Made by a program: the position numbers and the translations under genes
Shown: positions 1-12,076 of the stretch, in pieces
How positions within the stretch are numbered: position 1 is the first letter of the stretch
How the letters are laid out: each line of letters begins with the position of its first letter
The notes under the pieces: model-generated
Databases searched by the model: none
Told to the model about the DNA's origin: nothing
The model's input: the letters and a program-made list of their open reading frames with translations, nothing else
Origin: Amphiscolops sp. MND2022
Lineage: Eukaryota
NCBI GenBank assembly: GCA_964187785.1
Contig: OZ076409.1
Coordinates: 65,846,001 to 65,910,000 of the forward strand
Direction: 5' to 3'
Length of the DNA: 64,000 nucleotides

Positions 1-3000
1 AGCTGAATTAAAAGAAAGTAAAGCTGAAGAATGAAATAATACGCGCGTTGACGATGGAAGTTAGTCGAAATAAAGTAGTTTAATTTCAAATTTTTCAGAA
101 TAATCCAAAAAGTTTTCGACTTTTTATATGTGTGAATTTTTATATTGCGATGTGTGAATATAATCGTAACAAATTAAGGTATGGATCAAACCATTTCTCA
201 GATATAATTTTTTTCTAGGAATGGTTTCGGACAAAAGCTAAAAAATTGAGTTGTATTCAAGGAATACCAAAAGCTGACTCGAAATATGACAGAATTAAAT
301 GAATGATAACAGCTTGCAAAACGAGAAACTGCTAGTTTCTCCCATTCTCCCATTCTTACTGCTAGTTTTTCAGAGTAATCTACAGATTAATTGAAACTGT
401 TGAAAAAATTGAATTTTCTACATTTTGGACTAGACCGGCGTCGACATGTTTTTTTTTCAATATAAATAGAGACAGATTGCCGTTGATTCCAATTGGATCT
501 AAATAGCGGTAACATCTTTTTGCTAAACCTCTAAGGGGAATAGACAAGTTTATGAATTTCATCTCGCTTCATTAATAAAGAGTAACCACAAAGGACTTCT
601 TGTCGTTTCATTTCATTGGGTTTCGTCACTTTTTGGTACGTAGTTCCGGCGACTCCCTCTCAAGTCTGAGAACTTGAAATAAATTGGTCACTTTTTATAA
701 TTTAAGCTCGGTTTACGTTTGTCTGCAGTTCAAGTCCGCAAATACATGTACCATTTTCCAACTCAAAACTTATCATCGGATCAATCGTTCATACATGCTT
801 GTCTGTGTTACTTTAGAAAAGACGATTGAAAACTGAAAGTTTTTAAGACTCAAACAAACTGAAAATTTAGGCTTCGTTGAAACTTTTCCATTGAAGTTCA
901 TGCACGGTTTGAAAGAATTTGAAAGAATTGAAAGGATTTTGTCTTTATTCAGCCTTTTCACTAGTTCTCCGCTGAGTGGCGATTTAAAAAATCGAAATTT
1001 AAAATTTCAATTCAGAATATGACCATGTTGTCAAATATTAAATTAGTAATACCAAAAATGCCCGTAGTCCTAAGTGTCCGTACCTTCACTTTTTCAAAAT
1101 CAAAACGAATGTGAACAGACTACACTGTTGACCATTTTTCCTCAGAAGTTTTAAAGAAATACGACTGTGAGTTTACCTTATAGATTCAGTTTAACGTTGA
1201 AGGAAACTAGTATAGTCGAGGTACCAATAAGTGGAAAAATAAATTGTAGCGAGTATCCTTATATACAATTTCGTACAGAATCAAGCATGCCTATTGTGCT
1301 GATTTTTAACAGGAACCTTCTCTACACAATTATCACAAAGATATCACCAACAGTATGATTTCCTCAAGGCTCCCATCAATTTTCTGAAGTGTTCAAAATT
1401 GAGGGTTGATCGTTGTTAGCTATTTTGTTCACAATAGTTAACGCAATAATGAGCAATTTAAGCGCAACATCAACACATGAGAAAGTAATGCAATGTCAAG
1501 AGATGTTGTTTGTAAGGAGTGGCGACGTTTCGGGAGACTTCAGATTGTCAATCTATGCTGGGGCAAGTCAAAAATGCATAAGCGATTCAAATATGCTCAC
1601 GCGAGACGAGACATGCTTTGCGGGAGGAACATACGACGTAGAAGCTCTGAAAATACTGCTCTCCAATCTGTATTATTCACATATTGGTGTTTAGAGTCAT
1701 TCGAATTTCCAACCTAATTTAGACAGCTACCTTGCCGTATAAGTGGAAAACCAATCAATTAAAAAAGGTGGTGGATGTCTAAGAAAATGAACCAAATTGT
1801 CAAAGTTTGACGAAGTAGCCTAGGTTTGCTAAATCATTTCAGTACATTGTAGTACTCTCAAGTTGCAAAAACACTATTTAAAAAAGTAGAGGGCGCTTTA
1901 TTGCTTACATTGAAAGAAATTGTGAAAACATGCATTCCGTAGTACGATTCGAGCTACAAATCGTAGTAAAGTAAAATAAATCTCTATATACCAAACCCTC
2001 TGGGCCGAAAACAAAAACTACGTTACATAGAAATTTACGTTATATCACAACAAAAACTATTTAACAACAGAATGCACTTTAATGGGAGCAAATTAATCAG
2101 CTAGAGAACATTAGCGCAATTGATTAGTTCAATTCTTCTATGGCTTCGGTTACTTTTTTCACTGTTCGGTTGTTATTGCATCTCTGTCTGCATATTTTTG
2201 CGTAATGTCCTTTCATCCCTCATTTGTTGAATTTTGCTTCTAGTTCTAGTGCGGGGCGTTTGCGTATTGGTGTCCAGTTTGGATCGTTGAAAAATCTATA
2301 TGGTCGGTTTTGAAAACTTTTTTTTGGTTTTTGGCTCGGTGCCGAATTTTTTCCATTCTCTATATCGATTCTTTTACCATATGTTTTTCTTTTGCTGAAA
2401 TCAGTGTTTCTATTATTGTGCTTTTTTCGTGCTTCTTTTCTTCAATCTGTTGCATTTTTTAAATTTTGTTTGATTAGGTCGAGTGTTTTCTTCACTTCTA
2501 TTGTTTTTTTTTCATCATTTTGCTCCGCAACTTTTTGTCGATGATCGCTCTAGTTTAATTTGGTATGAATAATATTTTTGTCGTGATCGAATGAGATTGC
2601 AATACCTCGATTTCAATTAATCGTCTCCAGAACTTTCCGGGTGTTCGTCTTCTGTCTGCTTTGCCCAAAAGAAATCTCAGGTATGGTAAGTTCTGAGTTT
2701 CGGAAGAAAGTATTTGGTTAAAAACTAGGTTTAGTCGTTTCTTATTTTGTCGGGTTCCGTTTTGTACTCGACTGTCGTTATTTGATAAAGTGCTTGGGTT
2801 CACACTCCCCAATTAAAAAAATTTTTTGTATCGCTTTTTTATCCGGTCCAATTGGCGGAATCTTTCCAGCCATTGCCTCTGTGTAAATACCGGTTTCTTG
2901 TTTGAAGGTTTTGCATCTAGATTTGGTACGGCAATTTGTTTGCCATGCTCTGGATGTCAAGAAATTCAATTCAATTTGTTAATTTTGGCTAACTGCGCCA

Positions 3001-3002
3001 TC

Positions 3003-3545
3003 TTTTTAGTCGGCGCCTTTTCCCTCAAAGAAAAAAGCCCGACTATTACAGTGGGTAGTTTTTTTTTCTTTTTCAGCCTACAATCTCACTCTGAATGGTC
3101 CACTTTTTACAATTTGTTCATCTGTTCTGTTGTTCATCTTCGACTAAATTTCTGAAGCCGGAGAGCGGGGGTTCGATTCTCGCTCTAAACCATAATATTT
3201 TTATGCTTCCAAAAGTACAGCAGGTGAGACCAAAGGGTCCCCCCTTTGGGTTTTTTTTCGGCACTATGCGACTTTTTTTTCGAAAATTTTCGGATTCTAT
3301 CAAAGGGTAACTAACCCCTTGCATTTTTTTGAAGTTTTCGGTTTGTAAAAACGTTTAATGAGCCTGAATGGCCTCTTTTTGAGTTTTTCGGCATTGTGCG
3401 ACTTTCTAAAAAAATACTTTTTTTCGAAAAAAAGATTTCAATTTTTTTTGAAAAAAAATAATTTTTCCAAATGTTTCCAATAGTTGTTCTTTGAATATTT
3501 TCGAGCCTTAGATATGGCGCCGACTTGAGACGATCTCGTCTTGTT
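3003..3545 (+). mobile_element. Helentron/HINE-like non-autonomous rolling-circle element, copy A
   Basis: Starts TTTTTAGTCGGCGCC and ends GGCGCCGACTT (subterminal inverted repeat), then hairpin AGACG-ATCT-CGTCT and TTGTT. Internal AAAGGGTCCCCC and TTTTCGGCA motifs are shared with many copies in the window. Confidence 0.6.
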
Positions 3546-5435
3546 ATCTTTAGCTATATTAAGAAAAGACAGGTTTTCTAAAATAAAGTTTTTTGATCAG
3601 CAACTGCACGATACCAAATCTAATTTATATACAAGATGCCCGCTATTCCCCGGGATATTTTCCGTCTTTAATTGGCTAACAGTAAACGCTTAATCAATAC
3701 TTTTCCTTCTTGGGAAAACGCAATTTACTTCGGATATAACGTCAAAGTTCGGATAATGCGCAATGATTTCGAACGTCCATTTCCTCCTTAGTAAAACACA
3801 ATAAACTTCGGATATAACGTCAAAAACATGGATATAACACAATATTTTCCCCAACTATTCTTTAGTGAAACGCATCTTACTTCGTATATATTGTCAACGA
3901 ATCGAATATAGCGTGCCAAAATATATATGACAAATGGTCCTCACCGTATGAATAATATTTGCTCCATAAAAACGGACCGATCAGAGCTACTGCAGAAAAA
4001 ATTAACCATTCTCCGAAAACGCCGACTAGAAAAAGCTCAATAAGATTTTTCAAGTCCAAAAATTCAAGAATTTCCACCATGGGTTTCTTCTGCAACTTGT
4101 TCAGGGCTTATTTGTTGTCAATTTTGACAAATATTGTGACCATATCCAGCAAAAAATTCCAGCGGTTTTATTTTTTTAATGTTTCAATAATGATATAAAA
4201 ACATTATTAGTCTGGCTTACTCCGTCATAAATTCTACCCTCAATTAATAGCGATTAACTTTGTAGCTTTTTGCGTGTAGCAGCAAATGTCCTAACAGCAA
4301 ATTGCCTAATTGCAAGAATCCACGCACCGGGTTTTTGAACAACTCTTTTGAATAAGCTTTTAACGCACAGTTGTCCTTACTTCTTACTAAATTTAGTTTC
4401 TCTTCATCCACTTGTTTTTTTTGTTGCACTCTTTAGCTTTACAGTATCTCTGAATCCACTTCAGATTTGATCCAATTTCTGCCACTGAAACGCAAATTCC
4501 TTATCCTCGCCTAAAAAAGTATTCTCATGCTGAACCTTTGACAGTTGGCATTCAACACGGCTTAAAAGCACTAAAAGTCTGGAATCTAATCCAATTGGGT
4601 TAATTTTCAGACCAAACGAATTTGCACAATTTTGCCGCAGGAAACAAAACATAACAGACTAATTAGTGTCCAATTGCAATTTCCAAAAGGTTTAATCTTT
4701 GCTCCGTTGATTGGTAAATTGGCAACTATTTGGAAACTTTTGGAGCAATTTTAGAAGCAAAAAGACACACGAAAGTATTATTTATCATACTTCATTTATT
4801 TTCCGTAAAGCTAGACTTCAAAAGGGTAATATTCAATTTAGCATTTCAGCCTCGCGACTATAATTACCGGAAAGAAGTCGACCAATCAACACTTTTGGGA
4901 GGAAGGTTGAAATGATTGTACTGAACCTTGTAGAAAGTTAGAAACCCATGGGCGAGTAAAAAGTGATTCTAATTTCCACCAAGATGCAATCCAATTAGAG
5001 CTTACAGTCTCTCAGGATTTATTTTAGCTTATCAAGCTTTCTTTTCTCTCTACTTGGAACACATTTTAATTAGCTAGCTCAGTGGTTTGTTTCAACTAGA
5101 TTTCGTGGTTTTCATTTGTTTTTCAATTTAATCCCACAAAACATGAATATAGACGAAGCGAATTAGGGGAAAGGTTTTTCTTGATGACATTGACCAACCG
5201 TGTAAAGGCTGAATTTTGTGAAGCGGCTTTCATTTGAGAAAACTAGAGGAAAGCTACTAAAAATGCTAAACCTATAAACATTTGTGCGGTATATAAACAT
5301 GAACACATATGCAAAGCAGTGAAACAATATCTGGATGATAAACCAAACAAACGTGCCCTAGTGGGAAACAAAAGTATATAACATTGTGGAAACAAAGAGA
5401 TCTATTAAACGGAGCTATTGTTCCCAAAATGTTTA

Positions 5436-5633
5436 GGCCTTCAGATAGCTGCCTTGTCTATGTACTCCAAGTAGTACGAAGTAATCATCCACGTCATCAA
5501 AGGTTTCCAGTCATGACACCTTCATGCTCTGACCAGACACCCATCTGTCATCATCGGGCTGATGAAAGTCATCAATTTTGCCAAAAGAGGCGAAGATGCA
5601 GTCTCTATAAATGATCTCTAGAAGTATGATCTT
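5436..5633 (-). ncRNA. U3: U3 snoRNA-like gene, full length (~198 nt)
   Basis: Minus strand reads AAGATCATACTTCTAGAGATCATTTATAGAG (U3 5' box A'/box A pattern), then CCCGATGATGA (box C'), GAGCATGA (box B), TGATGACG (box C) and ATCTGA (box D) with a terminal stem. A candidate PSE lies at -50. Confidence 0.75.
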
Positions 5634-5670
5634 GACCTGCAACTACTTGTTCTTCATCATTTGGTTTGTG

Positions 5671-5683
5671 GCAGTGACAAAAC
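5671..5683 (-). promoter_or_regulatory. Candidate snRNA-type proximal sequence element (GTTTTGTCACTGC)
   Basis: A near-identical motif, GTTTTGTCAGTGC, starts exactly 50 bp upstream of the U3-like copy at 46211, in otherwise dissimilar flanks. Confidence 0.45.
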
Positions 5684-6209
5684 TAATGCCACAGAGAATG
5701 CCTGAGAACTAGAAACAGGAAAACTTGACAGACCAAACAAGCTGTTTTCCAACTCCACTTGACTTAAATGAAGTAGAAATAATTGAATAAAGATTTCTTT
5801 CAAGCAAAATAGACAAACCGCTGAAAGCATACGTTTTTGTCAAATTATGGGAATGCTAGCTCAACAAGCCTTCATGCCCAGAGAAGCAGCATTTTCAAAG
5901 ACAGTGGCACCGCAAATCGACCGCTTGTTTTCGACATTCCAAAAGTCTGAAGAATAACACATGAAACATAGAGCCGATAGCGCTTCAACTACTTTCCTGT
6001 CAAAATCTGTAGATGAGCCGTTAGATAACTGCCTGATCATTGAATATGAAACAATGACTGAGGAGGAGCATTTTCTTTCAAGGAAAAAAGCCCGAATATT
6101 ACAGTGACTAGTTCTTTTTTCGTCAGATAACAGAATGTATGCGTAGTGGTTTTTTCCATCACTAAGGGTACTTCCATCCCCTTCTCATTTTTTCATTTTT
6201 AAACGTTAC

Positions 6210-6608
6210 ATACAAACCCGAAAGTGACTAAAGCGTCCCCTTTCAATTGTTTTCGGCACCGGGAGACTTTTTTTCGAAGTTGATTTATTGTCTCCCCCTT
6301 TCATTATTTGTGATAGTTTGCAACAGACCATATGTTAAACCGGAGCCGCACGTGCGGTAAAGAAGTCGGATTAGGACTTTTTTCTTCTAAATCACTCGAA
6401 TCCCAGTCATAAAATTTTGATGAAATTGCTTACATCGGACTTAAATATTGTGTAGAATGACTGTAGAAAGTTTCGTTCGAATCGTCTCATTCGAATGTTT
6501 TGAAGCTGTTTTCTGAGTTTTTCATACAAATGTCCTGGGCATATTCTAAAAACTTTGCCCTTTTTGAGCCTTAGGTATAGCGCCGGCTTTAGATGTTTCC
6601 GTCTTGTT
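6210..6608 (+). mobile_element. Helentron/HINE-like copy B (degenerate, 5' boundary uncertain)
   Basis: The 3' end TTTGAGCCTTAGGTATAGCGCCGGCTTTAGATGTTTCCGTCTTGTT matches the family terminus. Confidence 0.45.
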
Positions 6609-6903
6609 CAAATGTACTAGACTAACTTGAAGAAGAGATAATTGAAAAACGTCTTCTCAAAAAGTGGACAGGCTACTAAAAGCATACCTTATAGTCAAAT
6701 TATCGGAATACAAATTCAACAGCCATTGGTGTCTAGAAACGCAGCACTACCGATGAAGTCTGCAGTGTCACGTTGAGATCGACCGCTAACTTCTGACATT
6801 CCAAAAGTCTGAAGCAACGCACAAGCAACTTAGATCAGATAGGTTTTCAACTTTTGTACTATTAGAAGTTGTTCATTATTATTTGCTGTGTTCAATAGAT
6901 GCG

Positions 6904-6973
6904 AAGCCCTCATATAGTTGCCTGGTCTATGTACCAGGCCGAGGAATACCCCAAGGGTAATCATCAACGTCAT
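6904..6973 (-). pseudogene. Degenerate 3' fragment of the U3-like RNA
   Basis: The reverse complement resembles the box C to box D half of the 5436-5633 and 48018-48216 copies, including the 3' flank GAGGGCTTCGCA. Confidence 0.45.
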
Positions 6974-7169
6974 ACGTGACCAAAAAGTGATACGGCATTA
7001 AGGCCACATGTTTTTCTCATGAACGATAAAAGGCGAAATTGGTATGCATCTTGAGATACACGGTGATAGTTTATTTATCCTGAAACAATGTTTCAGTATA
7101 ACTTGTTCGAAAAATTTTCAGTCTATTGTCAATGAATTTCCAATTTCATTTGTTCAAAAAGTAAAGTTC

Positions 7170-7676
7170 TGTTGTAAACCGGTGTTTTGGTTACTTAGTA
7201 CTCGCTTTCTAACCTAAGCAATAAGTCTCAAAAAGTGTTACGAAAAGGAAGATAAATTAAAACTGGAGGTTTACAGTAAGTAGAATTTTGTTAAGTCCTG
7301 CAAATCGCTGACTTGTAAAATTTATAATGTTCTGTCAATTTTGGGACTCTTTGTCCTTTCAATTTTGGGGGATTTTCAGAAAGCAAGAGAGAAGGAAAAT
7401 TGAGAGAAGAGAAAAGAGTTGTTGCTTTCTCAGTGTTCCGCGTTGGAATTGGTACCTGTATTTTTCTTTCCAGCTCAGGACAGTTCTACTGTCGCGTGGC
7501 TTTTTCCTATTGGCTGAGCATTAAAGGAATTTGGGAATTCCAATTTCCTTTTAGCGCGTTGCTATTCGCTTAGAAAATAAAATGCTCTAATAATTCCGCT
7601 TTGGAAATTATTATGTCTCTGAGTCAATTTCCTCTATTGGGAAAATGAACTAAATTAGAAATAGCGCATTGCTACA
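7170..7676 (-). repeat. 3' LTR
   Basis: TGTTG...CTACA. About 5 substitutions versus 18967-19473 by eye. Confidence 0.95.
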
Positions 7677-7686
7677 ACTCACCCCA
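7677..7686 (-). other. Candidate polypurine tract
   Basis: Minus strand TGGGGTGAGT abuts the 3' LTR. It is short and imperfect. Confidence 0.45.
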
Positions 7687-7889
7687 GTTGACAGAGAAGA
7701 CTGCATTAGTCGTAATACCAAAATCAATTAATAAATATAATTGGTATAAAATGGGTATAATGGATAATGGGTAAAACTTATGTAAAGTTTACGTTAAGAT
7801 AAAGCAATTTTAAAGGTTAAATAAGTTTAAGCAAATTATCAAGTTAAAAGAGTTTCAGTTTTGGTTGGAGAGCAGTTTATAGGGGGCTT

Positions 7890-9449
7890 TCAATTATTCC
7901 TTCCAGTTGGCACTTGCTTTGAATTTATGGGCCAGGGTAATCGAGTACATTTATTCTTCCACTCGGGGTCTTTGTCAAAATTGTATGCAATGGGATAGTA
8001 GACTGTTGAAAGTCGGGTTTTGACATTTCCTCGTTTTACGTTAAAAATGGAGTACTTTTCGTATTGTTGCCAATCCCAGTGATCAGCGTGGGTTAGCAGG
8101 GCGTGTAAGCATTTTTCCAGCTTTTCATACTGTTTTGCATCTACTGCCTGGATCAATTGAATAGCCTCGGCTCGTTGAATGTCGATTTCGACTCTCATTG
8201 TCTGCAGTTGTTTGACCAGCTTGTCAATTTCGGTTTGGTCCTTTAATTTAGTGTCCTTTTTATCAAGAATTTCCTTGAATCGTTTATTTGCCACATCGAA
8301 GGCATCAAGTTTCTCCTTTAGGAGGATGTTTGTCTTGTTTGATTCTAAAAGTTCACTTTGAAGTGACTCCGCTTTGGAGGTCGCTTCTTCAATTTGGCTT
8401 TTCAGTTCCTTATTCTCATCGAAAAGGTCTGATGTTACTCTTTCGGAGATTTCTAACTTGAATTCAGCTCGATTGGCACTCTCTTTAGCCATTGCTCGTG
8501 ACCGATTGGCAGAGCAGAGAGCATTCTTCAAATTGGCTAGTTCAATGTTCAGGCTGCGATTTTGTTGTTCAAATTCGGCAATTGCGAATTCGGTTTTCCA
8601 AAGAGCAGCGGTAAGATTGGTATCAGGTGTATCGGTCCACTCTTCATTCCCAGTTTGTGTAGTCGCATTGCCTGTGGATCTAGTATTGGATGGAATATGG
8701 GGATTATCGGCGGACACTTCCCTGAAGGAGGATGTACTATCTGACGAACTGATTGTACTTGTATTATCGTTGAAAAGAGGGTTTGGATCGTCAGGGAACG
8801 CGGTGATAACACCAAAGGGGGCCTTTATCATGGAGTCAAGTTGATGATTATAAACTACATACTTCCTTTCTTCAGGAAGACGGTCTTTTAACCTCCATTG
8901 GTTCATGTCCTTCGGAAGAGTAACTTTTATGGCTGGGCAATTGTCGGGGGGAATAACAATAGAACAATTCAACTTTTTGTTGACAATTTCAATTCCTGTT
9001 TTTGGCGTGGCAAGGAACCATTCATTATGGTCCTTCCGTATACCATACTTTAGGAATTTGATGAATTTGGGGTCGTCAGTGTCCACATTATTTTCGCGGG
9101 ATTTTTGGATTTCAAGCCTTTCTTTAAGGCTTGGAAACCAATTTTTTTCTTTGGGTAACCCATCGTCGAGTCTCATTGACACGCACGAGGGGCCTTTAAT
9201 TTTCCCATCACCGAGTCTCTTTGACAGGCGGTTAGGGTCGAAATTCACATTATTTTCGAATTTAGTAGCTTTTCTTGGCCAATTTGGCTCAGGGTCGGTA
9301 GAGGCTAATCGCTTGTTAGCCTGGTTGTGATGTTTTTGAAAACAGGGTTTAACCCGTTTTGTTTTCCGGGACCTAAAGGTTAAATTAGAAGGACGCAGGT
9401 CATCAGGGATGAAACCTTCAGGCTCGAATAGGTCGATAGCATCAGACAT
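7890..9449 (-). CDS. Retroelement ORF4, 519 aa, long coiled coil, function unknown
   Basis: Uninterrupted ATG-started ORF between env and the 3' LTR, with a heptad-rich region at aa ~285-445. TATATAA lies on the minus strand at 9570-9576, upstream. Confidence 0.8.
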   Translation of the reverse strand: MSDAIDLFEPEGFIPDDLRPSNLTFRSRKTKRVKPCFQKHHNQANKRLASTDPEPNWPRKATKFENNVNFDPNRLSKRLGDGKIKGPSCVSMRLDDGLPKEKNWFPSLKERLEIQKSRENNVDTDDPKFIKFLKYGIRKDHNEWFLATPKTGIEIVNKKLNCSIVIPPDNCPAIKVTLPKDMNQWRLKDRLPEERKYVVYNHQLDSMIKAPFGVITAFPDDPNPLFNDNTSTISSSDSTSSFREVSADNPHIPSNTRSTGNATTQTGNEEWTDTPDTNLTAALWKTEFAIAEFEQQNRSLNIELANLKNALCSANRSRAMAKESANRAEFKLEISERVTSDLFDENKELKSQIEEATSKAESLQSELLESNKTNILLKEKLDAFDVANKRFKEILDKKDTKLKDQTEIDKLVKQLQTMRVEIDIQRAEAIQLIQAVDAKQYEKLEKCLHALLTHADHWDWQQYEKYSIFNVKRGNVKTRLSTVYYPIAYNFDKDPEWKNKCTRLPWPINSKQVPTGRNN

Positions 9450-9721
9450 CGTGGGTAGGAGTAATTAAGTGTCGTTAAATTCTAAGCTGATAATTAAAGA
9501 ACAACAAAGGATAACTTGGAATAACTGGTAGTTGGTAGTTGGCGACTATACTAAATTTTAGAAAGCGAGTTATATAGGGTTTGTAAGTCAATTTGTGCTT
9601 GTGTCATTATGTTTGTGACCAGAAGAAAAACATCAATAATCACAGTGGTATCTATTCCAAGAAGCCTTATCACTTTTAAGTAAGAGAAATTTCACTAAAG
9701 AGTAAACGTTTTTTGTAAACT

Positions 9722-12076
9722 TTATGGTGGGGGTAATGGAGCATTTCCATTACTGTTGTTATTTGAGGTACTAGGAGCAATTTCATTGACAGTAGTCGGA
9801 GTATTTCCAGAACTGTTATTGCCATTGTTATTTTGTAAAAAGGTATTTAATGTACTAGGAGCATTTCCTGTTTGATTTAATACATTTGAGTCAGCTCTTT
9901 GTCTTTCATTAAGAGTAGAACCAATCGCAATCGGATTGTTCAAGAGATGTACTTGAGGATACAAAAGAGTCGGATTTTCTTCGTACATTGGTGCAGCTAT
10001 AGGTCTATTGCCTGCAGGGTTCTGCGAGAAACCATTTGAAATCCTTTTATTTTCCTCATTTTCGTACATTGGAGTCTGAAGTGAGAGAACAAATAAATTA
10101 AAAGTTGCGCCTAACATAGTTCTGACAAAACCAAAAGTGGCACCAGAAACTTTTCGAATTTCAAGTCCTCGGAGGACAATGACAACAACATCAATAACGA
10201 ACTTTACCAAAAGGAAACAAGCAAAAAAGTTTCCTAAACATTGGATAATATATCCCAATTCGCCAAAAGTTTCCTTGAATTTATCGACGAAAAAAGAAGG
10301 CGTCAACAAGTGATCCAACAGAAGTCTATCATTTAGACTCAAAAGACGTTCCAAGTTTCCCGGTTCGGAAATTCGAACTGAGTTACCTCGAGTCAAAATA
10401 GTCCGAGTAAGCTTCTTCAATAATGTATCAGAAGCAGAGTTGTGGATTACATTATCCCAAAAATTTTTCATTTGATTTGGGGTGTACATTCCAGCACGCC
10501 TGGTGTCGAAAGTTGGAAACTGAGTAATATGTCCAAGTTCAGTTGGCTTGAACAACAAAGGTTTATTGAAAGGCATGGGCTCAGGTAAAAGTTGGTACCA
10601 GGAATTGTCATTCTCGAGATCAAGTTGAAACACATTTGTGTAATCTCCCAAACAGGGTATCTCGGATGCAAAATCATAAGTCTGACGGGTGATAGGATCT
10701 ACAAATTTCGTAGACCGTTCAAACATGATCGGGATTCGATCATAACATTTATCAAGCACTTTCAAGGGCGATAAAAACTTCGGACAATGGTATAACCATG
10801 CGACAGTTCCATCGGTGTCAAGGAACATAGACCTGTTTCCAGTTAACATGTAACCGGCAAGTCTTGTGTTTTGCATTGCTAACATTAGAATAGTTAACAT
10901 TTGAGTTCGTTCGAGTTCGCATTGGCTCTGCAGAAGTGTCATTTCAGAATGCCTCAATTGCTTCGCATTGAAGTACATTATATAGTCTAACTTTGTTCCC
11001 AAGTGCAATTCATAATCAATTTCATCCGCGCCGACGGTATGCCAAGGCTGTGCACCAATCCATTGGCCATTTGATTTGCTGAAAGATAATGACGAATAAG
11101 AGACCTGGCTAGAGTTGCCAATGGAAAATTGGTAGGCGTTAAAAGCATGTTCTTTAGTTCGTAGTTCTCCACCTGGCATTGCGAAACCTCCTTGGTAAGT
11201 CACAAATAGACTCTCAAAATTTGTTTTGAACAATCGTTCAGGTTTCCCACATAGCTCATAGCTTTCAGGGAAGACTTTGATTTTGAGGTTCATTCCTTTG
11301 CCAGTCTCATTATATTCGCTGATTAGGAAAAATTGGTTTTCGTTTCTGTTCGTTGACAATGGATACTTAAGCATTTTTGCTTCCTGAGTGAGGATTTTTG
11401 TCATCACGCAGTTTTCGGGAGTATCCCACGTGTAAGCGAATGGGTCTAAAGTAGTGGTCTCGCAACCACCCTCCATTAAAAGACATGGCAATTTTTGTTT
11501 ATTTGGATTGGAAACCTCTTTGGTTCCGTAATCGAATGTCAAATTCACACGTTGCATGAACGTCTCGAAGGTATAGTGCTGTACTTGACCACTTGAGCAA
11601 TGAATGGTTGTGCGGACTGATTGTCCATCATTGAAATTCGATTGTTTCTTTGTATCGAATTCAATTGGGGCATCGAAGTTTTCGCTAAAAGACGAAATTT
11701 TAATTTTGTTCGTCTTTGATGCCTGTCGGCACATTTCAGGGGTAACGATGAGGTCATACGTTATACTATTTTGAGTATGAACGTAGGACGAATGCGAAAA
11801 CATTCCACAATTGTAGCGGAAGACATGGGCCTTGACAGAACACATTGTTGCTGCCAGATCAGTCCGATAGTTCTTCTGATAAAGTGTGATAGTAGCCGGG
11901 GTGACATACAAGTTTTCTGGTGTGATCTTGCAGTCTGCTACCTTGTTCAGGGAGTACATTCGATTGTCTTGCATTTTTGTGCAATCATAATGAGATACAA
12001 ACAAGTTCTTTGACACATTGTCAAAGTCATCACTTGCACAAGAAAAAGGAAAAAGGAAAAGAATAAAGTAAAACAT
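9722..12076 (-). CDS. env: Envelope glycoprotein, chuvirus-like / class III fusogen candidate
   Basis: Signal-peptide-like MFYFILFLFPFSCA from ATG 12076 (the frame is open from 12175). Cys-rich ectodomain with HYDC, QCELER, CYDRIPI and FVDPITR, NxS/T sequons, and a C-terminal hydrophobic segment LGNFFACFLLVKFVIDVVVIVL. Confidence 0.8.
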   Translation of the reverse strand: MFYFILFLFPFSCASDDFDNVSKNLFVSHYDCTKMQDNRMYSLNKVADCKITPENLYVTPATITLYQKNYRTDLAATMCSVKAHVFRYNCGMFSHSSYVHTQNSITYDLIVTPEMCRQASKTNKIKISSFSENFDAPIEFDTKKQSNFNDGQSVRTTIHCSSGQVQHYTFETFMQRVNLTFDYGTKEVSNPNKQKLPCLLMEGGCETTTLDPFAYTWDTPENCVMTKILTQEAKMLKYPLSTNRNENQFFLISEYNETGKGMNLKIKVFPESYELCGKPERLFKTNFESLFVTYQGGFAMPGGELRTKEHAFNAYQFSIGNSSQVSYSSLSFSKSNGQWIGAQPWHTVGADEIDYELHLGTKLDYIMYFNAKQLRHSEMTLLQSQCELERTQMLTILMLAMQNTRLAGYMLTGNRSMFLDTDGTVAWLYHCPKFLSPLKVLDKCYDRIPIMFERSTKFVDPITRQTYDFASEIPCLGDYTNVFQLDLENDNSWYQLLPEPMPFNKPLLFKPTELGHITQFPTFDTRRAGMYTPNQMKNFWDNVIHNSASDTLLKKLTRTILTRGNSVRISEPGNLERLLSLNDRLLLDHLLTPSFFVDKFKETFGELGYIIQCLGNFFACFLLVKFVIDVVVIVLRGLEIRKVSGATFGFVRTMLGATFNLFVLSLQTPMYENEENKRISNGFSQNPAGNRPIAAPMYEENPTLLYPQVHLLNNPIAIGSTLNERQRADSNVLNQTGNAPSTLNTFLQNNNGNNSSGNTPTTVNEIAPSTSNNNSNGNAPLPPP

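Noticed and set aside
380..2000. Short ORFs of 60-95 aa here and throughout the AT-rich flanks
   Set aside because: No motifs, mostly non-ATG starts and lengths expected by chance. Small host exons cannot be excluded.
2100..2990. Possible decayed retroelement remnants on the minus strand (also 4200-4700, 53950-54480 and 56350-56900)
   Set aside because: The composition is suggestive, but no diagnostic motif could be read reliably.
5559..5600. CTGATGA as a hammerhead ribozyme core
   Set aside because: No adjacent stem II-GAAA, the paralogous copy has TTGATGA, and the region is better explained as the antisense of U3.
7327..7524. 65-aa ORF also present at 19124-19321
   Set aside because: A short antisense ORF within the LTRs, duplicated only because the LTR is.
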